From Octopus sinensis (taxonomy: Eukaryota), in NCBI RefSeq assembly GCF_006345805.1, contig NC_043004.1:81406001-81470000 (forward strand): a DNA stretch of 64,000 bases. Reading direction: 5' to 3'. The first letter of the stretch is position 1. Every line of letters starts with the position of its first letter. Below the pieces are notes generated by a model that worked only from the letters and a program-made list of their open reading frames with translations, ran no database searches and had not been told where the DNA came from. The position numbers and the translations under genes were made by a program. This document shows positions 52,241-64,000 of this stretch, in pieces.

Positions 52241-53485
52241 CATGTGATTAATGCTGTTTCCACCTGGTCCAAATTGCAAATTTAATTCTTTTGATACCAA
52301 CCTCTCTAAAGATGCACCCATGCACACACCCTTACTGCTTCTATGAAACAAACTTTGTTTAAAGTGATCTTAATTTCAAACCTTCCATCAAAGATCATGT
52401 TAATGTTCCAAACATTAGTTTAACTACAGTTATTTTACTAAATTCTTCATTTTCAAAACCAGTTCTTCTGGGGTAGCTAAATGTCTCTTCTATAATAAGA
52501 CAACTTCTCTGTCACACAGCCACTTCTCTTGATTCCACTCCCTCTCTCAGCTACGAGGCCTTTCACTTGCAAGGTACTTGGTGACCCCAGATACTGGTGC
52601 CATGTAAAAAAAAAAATTTTTTTTAACTTGTCACGGTGCCATGTAAAAAGCATCCAGTACACTCTGTAAAGTGGTTGACATTAGGAAGGGCATCAGGCTG
52701 TAGAAACCATGCCAAAGAAGACAATGGAATCGGATGCAGCTCTCTGGCTTGCCAGCTCCTGTCAAACCATCCAACCCATGCCAGCATGGAAAGCAGATGT
52801 AAATGATGCTGATGAATGGTGAAAGGCAATGTATTTCAACAGAAATATGCAAAGAAAGAAGTTATCCTTGATTATAAGACTTTCCCCTTCTCTTTTCTTA
52901 AGACATATTACTGGAGTAATATTCTGCGAGCTGGCAGAATTGTTAGCATGCCGGGTAAAATGCTTGGTATTTCGTTTGTCTACGTTCTGAGTTCAAATTC
53001 CACCGGAGTCGACTTTGCCTTTCATCCATTCACTCGGTTAAATAAGTACCAGTTACGCACTGGGGTTGATGTAATTGACTCAATCCCTTTGTTTGTCCTT
53101 GCTTGTCCCCTCTATGTTTAGTCCCCTGTGGGCAATAAAGAAAAAATATATATTTTGGTTATATAGAAAATTAAAGGTGGTGAGCTGGCAGAAACGTTGA
53201 CACACTGGGTAAAATGCTCAGCTGTATTTTGTATGTCTTGATATTCTGAGTTCAAATTCCACCAAAGTCAGCTTTGCCTTTCATCCTTTCGGGGTCAATA
53301 AATTAAGTACCGGTTGTGTACTGGGATTCAACAAATTGATTCCACACACATACTCTCCAAAAATTTCAGGCTTTTTTCCTAGAATAGAAAAGAATATTTT
53401 GCTGTTATTTTTTCCAAATAATAATAATAATAATAATAATATTATACCTATTTTGAGTTGAAATTAAAATAAACCTGTTTTAATA

Positions 53486-53597
<112 letters not shown>

Positions 53598-53635
53598 CTG
53601 TCTGATGAACGGCAACGAGAAACTCAGAGTAACAG
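53598..53635 (+). ncRNA. Minimal type I hammerhead ribozyme (family 3, one stem II mismatch), sense to the DCN1-like gene
   Basis: CTGT-CTGATGA-ACG(GCAA)CGA-GAAA-CTC(A)GAG-TA-ACAG: GNRA loop, quasi-palindromic stem III, GUA triplet. Confidence 0.65.
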
Positions 53636-53749
53636 ATTTTGTTGAATTTTCTGCTGCTTAAAATAAAGTATATATATATATATACTTATATATATACTTG
53701 TTGAAAGAAATTCAATATAACGCTAAGCAGTATCTTGATAAATTTTCAG

Positions 53750-53880
53750 ATGTGATACAGCTGATAAACTCCGTGATAAATGTCCATCACTAGAACAAAT
53801 TATTAGAGACAACACAAAGTTCAAAGAATTTTATCAATTTACATTCAATTATGCCAAAAATCCTGGCCAGAAAGGTTTAG
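53750..53880 (+). CDS. DCUN1D1: DCN1-like exon 4 ([43 protein letters not shown])
   Basis: 131 nt, ttttcag acceptor and gtgagt donor, [17 protein letters not shown] motif. Confidence 0.97.
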
Positions 53881-54660
53881 GTGAGTATTTGTTCTTCATT
53901 CCCAACATTAACAATTTGACTATTTCGATGCCAACCCATCCGAGTCTGCCATTGATTCTGAGACAGATTCTTTATTCTAATGTTTTAGAATTTATACCAG
54001 CCATATCTTGCCATGTCTGCCTGTTTTGTCATTAAACTTGCAAGATCCAGCCTCTCATACTTACCCTACAATGTCATTCTAAAAATAAAGTCGCGTTGAA
54101 ATATCGAGGCTATGAGATAATTCGTGATGAATTCAAAACAATGTGAATAAATATCACCTTTGAAAAAGTATAATATGAATGTTAAAAGATTAATTTGATC
54201 TAAATTAAAAACTTCTTCCAAAATTATGTCTAAATTTGTTTCAAACACTAGCTTAATAACGACTATTATTTCGATAAATTCTTCATTCTTTTCCAAATTC
54301 ATTGAAACAATGTTTCAATAGAAATATGGTAACAAAAGGGATGGAAACACAATTCGGTTATTGATTTTGACTAAAATTTTATAAAATTTACCTGTTTAAC
54401 CCTTTTCATATCAGTCTACCTGAGATTGCTCCAGGTTCCTCAGCACAAACTTTCTTAATTATATAACCTATTAAAATAACAATAGATACCTGTGGTGTAA
54501 TAAAAAAAATAAAATCTGTCACACTGTATAAAGAGGATGGTAAAAGCATGTTGGATTTTTAACAAATATTGCTGGCATGCACACACACACACATACATGC
54601 ATTTGAATGCTATTTGTGTTCATATGCATATGCAACAATTGTGTGTATGAGATAGAGGGA

Positions 54661-54699
<39 letters not shown>

Positions 54700-54774
54700 T
54701 TATTTGAGGGAATATTAATCCAAACTTACAGGGAAGAAAATTCAATTTAGAAATACTAAATCAAATTTCACACA

Positions 54775-54836
<62 letters not shown>

Positions 54837-54952
54837 TAGATATGTTTCGACCAATGATTGGTCCAGGCCATGTCTAACTTAATAGCACCACCTGATAGGA
54901 TTATTTGAATCCTGTTTAAGTCAAGTTTTGTTTATGGTCCATTCAAGTAGTG

Positions 54953-55255
54953 AATTAGAAAAAAAAAAAAACACCGTTTATCAATTCAAAATGAACAATT
55001 AAATTACACCATCTAGAAAATTACATCAATAGAAATATTAAAATAACAATAAAATATCAATGATTAAGTAAATTGCCAAAAAAAATAATAAACGTATTCT
55101 ACCAATTAGATACATTTTTATTATTTTTTTGCAATTTACTTAATCATTGGTATTTTATTGTTATTTTAATTTTAATATTTCTATTATATGTAATTTTCTA
55201 GATGGTGTAATTTAATTGTTCATTTTGAATTGATAAAAGGTGTTTTTTCTAATTT
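54953..55255. repeat. AT-rich fold-back palindrome with arms of about 145 bp and a 5-nt loop
   Basis: 54953-55098 is the reverse complement of 55110-55255 apart from a few substitutions and indels. Confidence 0.85.
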
Positions 55256-57216
55256 TTTATATGTATGTATGTATATATATATATACACATATATACACAC
55301 ACCCTTAGCATTCATGTGTGTGAATATGTTCATGCCAATTACATATTCAAGTGCGTCTTGATATTTTCACCTGTGTATAGAACCTCACAGAATTAATCCT
55401 ATTCAGATTTTAAGATAGTTTGACCATCTGGAATAAATCAATGTTTTGTTTGATAAAACTCTACTATTCTGACGTGAGATTTGTTTGGGAATTGGGTCAA
55501 CATCCATAACATAATGTCCAGTAATCACTTCAAAGCCGTTCAAGTGTGGGCATGGCTGTAGGAAGAAACTTGTTCCCAGCCCCATAGTTCCAAGTTCAAT
55601 CCCACTTTGTGGAATCTTGGGCAAATGACCACTACTATATCTTTGAGCTAACCAAAGCCCTATGAGTCAATTTGGTAGAAAGGAAACTGAAAGAAGCCCA
55701 TTGTCTATATGTGTTTGTCTCCCACCATCACTTGCTGACTGGTGTTGGTGTGTTTATATCCCTGTGACTTAACGCAGATGTGTAATAGAATAAGTACCAG
55801 GCTCCAAAAGTATTGAGGTCAATTCAGTCATCTAAAAGACTTCAAGATGGCTAGTCTAATGACTGGTAAAAAAGATTTAAAAGAAGTAAAGGAAAAAATA
55901 TTTGACAAATATGATTGGTTGGTTTTGTACATGTTTGTTTCCTGTATTAATCATTGGGGTTACATTATGCCCAGCACAATCTATTTTCCTATTGTGTGTC
56001 ATTTTCTTTTCATCATCATCATCATTTAACATCCGTTTTCCATGCTAGCATGGGTTGGACGGTTCGACCGGGGTCTGGTAAGCCATGAAGGCTGCACCAG
56101 GCTCCAGTCTTATCTGGCAGTGTTTCTACAGCTGGATATCCTTCCTAACGCCAACCACTCCATGAGTGTAGTGGGTGTTTTTTACATGCTACAGGCACAG
56201 GTTCAGAGGAGGCTGGCAAATGGCCACAATCGGTTGACGCCAGTCAGGCGGCGCTGGCATCTGCCACCTTCAGATGGTGCTTTTTACGTGTCACCGGCAC
56301 AGGTGTCTTAACTACATTTTCCATTTGATTTTTATTTTGATATTGGTGTTAATAAAAAAAAAATCATAACCTGTCTCCCTGCCATATATCATCATTTAAC
56401 GTCTGCTTTCCATGCTGGCATGGGTTGGGTGGTTTGACATGGAGCTAGCTGGCAGGGAGCTGTCCAAACTCCAGCTGTCAGTTGTGGCATGGTTTCTACA
56501 GCTGGATGTTCTTCCTAATGCCAACCACTTTACAAAGGGTACCAGGTACTTTTTACATGCCAACAACACAGGTGTGTTTACACAGCACCAGCACGGGTGC
56601 TTTTTAAGTAGCCCTGGCATCTGAAAGGACAAACCTGTGTGTGTGTGTGGAAGACAGCAATTTTACTTAGCAAATTGCCACATCTCCCAGCCCCTTATTT
56701 CCTCAGTAAGGCCCAGCATCCAAGGATCCTTTCTCACCACTTTGTCCCACGTCTTCCTGGGCCTATCCCTTCCACAGTTGGTGCTCAGGTTAAGTAATTC
56801 ATATAGTTACAATGTGATTTCAGACTCAGTCCCACTGCATGGCATCTTGAGCAAGTATATTTATTCTACACATAACCTCAGCTTTGTGATTGGATTTGGT
56901 TGGCAGAAATTGAAAGAAGCTTATCCTGTTTACATATCATCATCATTTAATGGGTTGGATGGTTTGACTGGAGCCGGCCATGTAGGAGACTACCCCAGGC
57001 TACTGTGTCTGTTTTGGCAGGGGTTTTACAGCTGGATGCCCTTCCAAATGCCAACCACTGTACAGTGTGGACTGGATGCTTTTTACATGGCACCAGCACC
57101 AGCAGGCTCACCAAGTAACTTGCAAGACAAGGAATTTTAAGAGGTGGGGTATTGGAGGAGGGGCTCTTGTGTCAGATGATGAAAAGTTACTGTAACAGAA
57201 AGACCTCTGTGTGTGT

Positions 57217-57255
<39 letters not shown>

Positions 57256-57950
57256 GTTTTCCTTCACCTTCACGTGTTCACTCGTTGAAAACAATGGCAG
57301 TCAGTGTCATTTCCTTGCAGCCTACCACAAAAGCATGTCCGGACTTTTTGACATATTGTCCAATCTCTGTAAAGAAAAATGTTCATTTATACAGTTTTGT
57401 TCCTTTCTACTTTTCCATGTCTGACTATTTTTTGTTGTTCAATAAACCAGAAGATTTATTACTCCACTTTGAAATGTGGGGTTGGCATCATGAAGGGCAT
57501 CTAGCCATAGAAAAACTCTGTCCCTGTCTACACTTGGGGTTTGACCCATGCAAGGTTTTAGGTTTGCGTTTGAATATTTTCTGCTTTATCCAGAGAGAGC
57601 CATAAGACGAGGTCCACAACCTGCCAGTGGTTACCTTCAGTTCATGTTATGAATGAGTTTTTACTTTCAAAATTCATGAGTGTGTGTAATTTCACATTTA
57701 AATTTCTACAAACTGGTTGGAATCATCACCATCATCGTTTAATATGCATATGATGGACTCTCTTGTCAAAGATAGTAGATGAGAGTTCTGCATTTCCTTC
57801 CTGAACAATCTGCACTGACAATTTAAGTGATCGAATGCTTATGCTGTGCCTTAATTCATTCCCTCTATTAAATCAGCATTGCCTGTCGAGTTGCACACTG
57901 TACCACGCATCAGATGTTGTCAAAGTGGTTGCAGAGTGACATGAAATGAA

Positions 57951-58633
57951 GTACATTATTTACATTTGATGAATATTTGTCCTCATCTTGTTTGTTGTTA
58001 ACATAATGTTTTGGCTGATACATCCTCTAGCCTTCATCAGATGTCCTGGGGAAATTTCGAACCTGGGTTCTCATTCTTAAGGTATTTTTCGATGTTGTTA
58101 TTATTATTCAGGTCACTGCCTAGAATCGAACTCAGAATCTTGGGGTTAGTAGCCCACGCTCTTAACCACTACGCCATATGCCCATGGGTGTACGGCATAG
58201 TGGTTAAGAGTTGAGATTCCGAGTTCGATTCCAGGCAGTGACCTGAATAATAATATCAAAAAATACCTTAGGAATGAGAACCCTAGTTCGAAATTTCCCC
58301 TAAGACACCTGATGAAGGCTGGAGGGTATATAAGGCGACGAGCTGGCAGAAACGTTAGCATGCCAGGCAAAATACAGTCGTATTTCGTCTGCCGTTACGT
58401 TCTGGGTTCAAATTCCGCCGAGGTCGACTTTGCCTTTCATCCTTTCGGGGTCGATAAATTAAATACCAGTTACGCACTGGGATCGATGTAATCAACTTAA
58501 TCCGTTTGTCTGTCCTTGTTTATCCCCTTTGTTTTTAGCCCCTTGTGGGTAGTAAAGAAATAGGTATATCAGCCGAAACATGTTAACTACAAACAAGATG
58601 AGGACAGATATCCATCAGATGTAAATAATGTAC
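57951..58633. mobile_element. Palindromic tRNA-head/hammerhead-tail element, copy 3, with a SINE inserted in hammerhead loop II
   Basis: Ends GTACATTATTTACAT...ATGTAAATAATGTAC; symmetry centre GCCCATGGGT at about 58187; arms about 235 bp. Confidence 0.8.
58332..58562 (+). mobile_element. tRNA-derived SINE family B, young full-length copy
   Basis: GGCGACGAGCTGGCAGAAACG...GTTCAAATTCC...GTCGACTTTGCCTTTCATCC...AAAGAAATA; flanking GGTATAT duplication; all CpGs intact. Confidence 0.85.
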
Positions 58634-58767
58634 TTCATGTGATGAAGTTTATTGATTCCTGCTTGTAACTTAATGGGTATGTATCCTTAAATCCAATAAA
58701 AATGCTATATTAATGCAAAGATATATATATATATATGCTATTGAATATTCTGTTTTTATTTTTCTAG

Positions 58768-58850
58768 ATCTTGACATGGCATTGGCTTATTGGAATATTG
58801 TTTTAGCTGACAAATTCAAGTTTTTAGACTTGTGGTGCAAATTTTTACAA
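58768..58850 (+). CDS. DCUN1D1: DCN1-like exon 5 (DLDMALAYWNIVLADKFKFLDLWCKFLQ)
   Basis: 83 nt, ttctag acceptor and gtgagt donor. Confidence 0.96.
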
Positions 58851-59585
58851 GTGAGTGGTTTTACGGTTTTTTCCCCTCTATACTTTCAGGCTTTAAAGTA
58901 TTCCTTCAAGCAATTCCCTCACATGTATGGCAGAGTTCCTCTTTTTAGTCACCTCTCCTCTGCTGGCTCACCCTCTCAAACTACCCCTCCTCTCTTTGTG
59001 TGACCTCTTAATCAGAAGCTCCCCTTCAGCTTCAATAACTTAACAGGCAGCTCCTCCAATTGCTCTCACTCTATATGCCACGTCTGTTCATCTCCAACAG
59101 CACATTCATTCTGAATTACTGTCCCCATTGATTGCTCCTCCCTTAACTAGTTGTGACAGGTACTTGTGTCTGGCAAATTGGCACATAAAAACATCCTGGT
59201 GGCACGTAATCGCGTCCATTACACTCTCAGAGTGGTTGGCATTAGGAAGGGCATCCAGCAGTAGAAAACAATGCCCAACCAGACTGGAGGCTGGTGTAGC
59301 CTTCCAGCATGCCAGCCCAGTCAGACTGTCTTATATTACAGAATGCTTCCATACAGGAGTGAAACCAGTTAATATCTAAGTAATTACTTTCTCGAACCCC
59401 TCATTCACAATAACATCCGAACCTCCCCCCAAACCCATGATATGACATTCTTTGAACCACCTCCCAGCACGCAGTTGCCATGGTTCATTCTATACATGCA
59501 AGCACAGACACAACAGCTCCTCTTTACTCCAAGTACTTCTCACCTGCAATCATTAATGAATGCCAATCTCCCTTCCCCTATTTAA

Positions 59586-59783
59586 CCCTTTCGTTACCAA
59601 CCCGGCTGAAACCGGCCCTGGCTCTGTAGTACAAATGTTTTGTTTTCATAAGTTTTGAATTAAATCTTCCACAATTTATGTTCCTAACACTAACTCAATG
59701 ATAACTAAGTTATTTTACAAAATTCTTTGCTATATTTAAAATAATTGAAAGAGCATCTCAAAATAAATACAGTAACGAAAGGG
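59586..59783. mobile_element. piggyBac-like MITE
   Basis: TTAA on both sides, 12-bp TIR CCCTTTCGTTAC / GTAACGAAAGGG. Confidence 0.8.
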
Positions 59784-60513
59784 TTAATTGGTTTGCAGGT
59801 TCATGGCCACTTATTTTTTCTCATCCTTTCCTCATCTTAATTCTTTTTTCTTCCAAATTAGTTAGTGTTCTTATTGATCATCTCCTTGTTGTCTTCTCTT
59901 AGTTTTACTTTCTCCCCCTTTCTCTCTCTCTCTCTCTCTCATTTTTCAAGTTTCCCAGCATTTTCGTTGATTATCTCCCCATTTCTGTTGTTTGCTACCA
60001 GCATCTACTTCATGTTGTGGCCTTACCCTCCCATATTCCTAACTATTTTTCTCTCATCTTTCCTCTCTCTCTCTCTCGCTCTCTCAGTGGCATCCAATTA
60101 ACTATGCTTGATCTGCTAGAAATTACGACTAAATAACACTTATCTTGGAGACATGAAGGACATATAGTTTTGCTTCCACTTTGTCTAAAATTAAGATGGA
60201 ATGGTTAAGGTTGTAGCACTTAGGATTATGGATCTGCTTGATCAGAGCTGACCCAGAATTGGTCCTTTGTTTTCCAAAAATAATTGAATTAAAAAACAGT
60301 GTATTTGCAAGAGAAATATGGTAACAAAATGAGTGTAGTGGGTGCTTTAATGTGCCACTGGCACAAGGGCCAGTCAGGCGGCACTGGCAATGACCACGCT
60401 CGAAAGAATTTATATTGAACAGGGGAACAGTTTTAATTTTTTTGGTACTTAGTGCCACTTGTATTTACTTATTATCCATTTGATAACCAAAATGTAAGTT
60501 TTTCTCCTTCCAG

Positions 60514-60610
60514 GAACATCATAAACGATCTATACCAAAAGACACATGGAACCTCTTATTAGATTTCTGTAATATGATTAATGATGATATGAGTAACTAT
60601 GATGAAGAAG
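60514..60610 (+). CDS. DCUN1D1: DCN1-like exon 6 ([32 protein letters not shown])
   Basis: 97 nt, ttccag acceptor and gtaggt donor, first DAD-patch Asp in KDTW. Confidence 0.97.
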
Positions 60611-61141
60611 GTAGGTTGTATTATTTTATCAGCATCATAACTTCCCTCATCCACCCACATTTCATCCCCAAAACATGCTGGTGCCGTACAGAGAGCACTG
60701 GTGATGCACAGAAAGCACTGGTAACGCATGGAAAGTGCTGGTGCCATGCAGAAAGCGCTGGTGCTATGTGAAAAGCACCCAGTACACACTGTAAAGTGGT
60801 TGGCATTAAGAGGGCCTCCAGTATGTGGAAGCCATGCCAAAACAGACAAGGGTTTCTAATCTTGCCAGCTCTTGTCAAACCATCCAACCCATGCCAGCAT
60901 AAAAAATGGCTGTTACTTTTCCGTTCATGCATTGGTCCGATGGGAGTATATTGAAGCTGAACTTTTCTATGGCTGGATGCCCTTTCTTGTGGTCAACCCC
61001 TCTTTTGTTTTCAAGTGAGTTAATAATCTCCCAGTCTACTGACCAACCAATGTCCTAGACATGCTTTTAAGTGGGAAACTGGAAACAAACCCCCAGTTTA
61101 ATCCTTCAACATTCAGATTTCTCAGTTAAATGTAATTATTT

Positions 61142-61506
61142 ATTACCTCTGCCTTAGAGAAGACAGAAGTATCGTTTCCAGTTGCATTTGTTTGTTTATC
61201 CATGGTCATGATATCTCAAAAACCACTGGGTGAATTTGGATGAAACGTTCAGGGATGTTTGGCTTCGTGACGAGCACGGATTGATTAGATTTGGGGATTG
61301 ATCTGGTACCGGACAAGGATTCTGGATTATTTTTCTTGTTTTTTTTTCACTTAATTTTCGAGAGCAGTTGGGCTCATTTTTAGTATTCTCGTTTGTGAGA
61401 TCAGTCGATTTTGTTTCAGATATTCTCATTTTAAAAATTATCTCTAGCTAAACATTAAGAGGACATTGGTGTTGCCTTGGCAGAACTTCACACTGAGTGC
61501 TCTTGT
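61142..61506 (+). mobile_element. Helentron-associated non-autonomous element (HINE/DINE-1-like); partial opposite-strand copy at about 4143-4350
   Basis: Starts TTACCTCTGCC with a subterminal stem-loop and (TTTG)n, and ends GCCTTGGCAGA...CTGAGTGCTCTTG; the 4143 copy retains GGCGGAGG. Confidence 0.5.
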
Positions 61507-61997
61507 TCTCATTGTTTTGAATTAATCATGCATTATCTCATAGCTTTTGAGATTTCAATGATGTGACTGTTTATTTTTAGAATATCCTCTTAAGATAAGC
61601 CTGGGAAGCTGAATCTGGTCAGTTTCAACATAAAACAATATCTGTAACTAATGCAGTCATTTAATCATGCATTATCTCTTAACTTTGAGATTTTAATGAT
61701 GTTACTGTTTATTTTTAGGATCACCGTGTAGGGTAGGTGTAAGAGGCCAAATCTGGCCAGTTTGAATGTAAAACAGAATATTTGGGCTGGAGATGGTCAG
61801 TAGGTATAGTAACAGTTGCTTCTGTTGGGACCCAATGGAGGACTCTCCATCTATGACCTCAGGAATAGTGGGTGAAGATAGATGGATGAATGTCTTCTAA
61901 TGTAATACATACTTTCCTTCTTTCTTTTTTTGTCTTTTTTATGTATTTCATATTTGACTGTTCTTTTGCTGTATTTTTTTTCCTTTTCTTCTTCCAG

Positions 61998-62077
61998 GTG
62001 CTTGGCCTGTACTTATCGATGACTTTGTGGAATATGCACGTCCAATTATCCAGGGTTGCAGAAGTACCACTGTATGA
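61998..62077 (+). CDS. DCUN1D1: DCN1-like exon 7 ([26 protein letters not shown], stop)
   Basis: 80 nt, ttccag acceptor, DAD-patch [13 protein letters not shown] at 62075-62077; C-terminal STTV as in vertebrate DCUN1D1. Confidence 0.97.
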
Positions 62078-62506
62078 GTGTTGGCCTTCGGTTGATCAGT
62101 CAACCTTCTTCCTACTGCTCGTGTGCCAACGTGACTATGCCTGCGCTTGATACCACAAAAATTAAAGCCACAATGATGACATTTAAAAAAAAAAAAAGGA
62201 AAAAAAAAGCAGAACCTGAAAGTGCTGTTAATAGGTGGTACATGTCACTGCTCACCTACTAACACACACACCTTCACATTGGCAGTCTCTAGTCCCCTCT
62301 CCCCACCATTTTTATTATTATTATTATTATTACAATTTCTAGTGTTACCATCTAAAAGGCTTTCTTTGTAGTCAGCAAACTGTTAATATTTAAAGACAAT
62401 TTCCATTCTGTGCTCTGGGACATCTTTCTCAATTGGATTTATTAGAGCAAGAAAAAAAAAGATCACATCACACAATGTCGTATAACTTATGGTAAAGAGC
62501 AATCTC

Positions 62507-62544
<38 letters not shown>

Positions 62545-64000
62545 ATTCTCGGTTTGATTCTCTGTCACTCTGTTTGTCTCTCTCTCTCTCCTACCAGAAA
62601 TCCCAACTGACTTCATTCATCGTGAAAGAACTTAATTGAAATATTGCCCTTCTTTGATATATTTTTTTTTTTTTTCGTTTTGGTTCTTTATTTTTTTTCG
62701 GTCCCCTTCCGTCTGTGACACCTCCTCCATTCCCTCATCCATCTTCTGCCCCCACGCCCCGTTTTTTATTTAACTTCGTTAGAGCTGCCAGAGTTAATTA
62801 TGTATTACTGTTTTCTTACAAGTACATTATTTCCGCTAGCAAAGCTACTGACACCTCCTGTTTAGTCGACTAACAACAACCAACGGTGACAACTAACAAC
62901 AAACACACACACACAAACAACAAACCTTATAAAACACAGAAATGTCTTGTCATTTCAAATAAAAAAAAAAATTGCATTTTGCAATTTTTTTTTTCTCCCA
63001 TTATTCACAGAAAAAAAAAAATATTTATTACGTTGTTATTTATTCACCGATCCCCCCCACACACACACTTTAAAAAAAGTTTTTGCTCTTTTTGGTTTAT
63101 ATATATATTTTTTTTTTTCTTTTTGTCCTGTCAATGCTATGAGGAAAATGATGGGTAAAAGGCGCAAAAATAAAAAACTGATATTTGTGATAACTTATAA
63201 GTCAATCATTTTTAATCTGGCTAAAGGGACCCACTTGCACACCCACATACCACCCTTTTAGTTGAATTGGAATCTCCTATTAAATTTCTGTTTCTGCACC
63301 CCTCTTGAAAATATTATTTGGGCAGTGAGCTTGCAGAATTGTTACTGTGCCAGGCAGGATGCTTAGCAGGATGTCGTCTGTCTTTATGTTCTGAGTTCAA
63401 ATTCCGCTGAGGTCGACTTTGCTTTTCATCCTTTCGGAGTTGATAAAATAAAGTCCCAGTTGAATGCTGGTGTTAAAGTAATTGACTAGCGCCCACCACC
63501 CCTGAAAAAATTCAGGCCTTGTGTGCCTGTAGTAGAAAGGATTATTATTATTATTATGAACTCTGATGTTCCGGTGGAATCATTAAAGCAATGTTTGTTC
63601 CGATTCTGCACTCTACCAAGATTGACTTTTTTGTTTTTTTTTTGTTTTTTGGGGGGAAGTGGGGAGACAAGCTGACCGAATCATTAGCAGAATCAGACAA
63701 ATTGCTTAGCAGTATTTTCTTCCAACTCTTGACATTATGAGTTCAAATTCCACTAAGGTCAACTTTGCCTTTCATCCTTTCAGGGAACGATAAGTACTGG
63801 GGTCAACGTTATCAACTTGCTCCATGCCCCTAAAATTGCTGCCCTAAATTCTGCTCAAAAAGGGAAAGTTTTATGCTATTTTCATCTTATTCTTTAAATT
63901 GTATACATTTCAAATCTTGTCTTGGCGCCTAATATTTATTCTCTATTTAAACTTTTTATTTTCAATTAACTTTAAATAGAAAAATTTATGCATATTTTTC

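Noticed and set aside
58100-58245. tRNA genes (also about 1635-1770, 13698-13765 and 45340-45410)
   Set aside because: A- and B-boxes are present but the acceptor and anticodon stems do not pair properly, and each runs into a repeat body; they are SINE heads.
62226-62264. 12-bp hairpin with an A-C mismatch in the DCN1-like 3' UTR as an editing site or SECIS
   Set aside because: The stem is too short for a confident ADAR call, it lacks the SECIS GA quartet, and no in-frame Sec codon is needed.

Overview
Eukaryotic, AT-rich and repeat-dense genomic DNA, most likely an octopus or related coleoid cephalopod (inferred from the SINE/RTE repeat families). Two conserved genes lie head-to-head, with 304 bp between their ATGs. 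MCM7 is on the minus strand: 14 coding exons from 28574 down to 585, about 563 codons, with the 3' end outside the window. A DCN1-like neddylation E3 (DCUN1D1/2 orthologue) is on the plus strand: 7 exons, 28879-62077, 260 aa, with a 22-kb second intron. MCM7 intron 7 is a textbook U12-type (minor spliceosome) GT-AG intron. The introns hold tRNA-derived SINEs, RTE-LINE 3' ends, an RLE-LINE fragment, Merlin-, piggyBac- and Helentron-like non-autonomous elements, and many fold-back palindromes. The most unusual signal is a set of minimal type I hammerhead ribozymes of Penelope-like type in at least three unrelated repeat families. One family is a tRNA-headed, hammerhead-tailed SINE-like unit that inserts as head-to-head palindromes. 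All calls were made by eye; no searches or folding programs were run.
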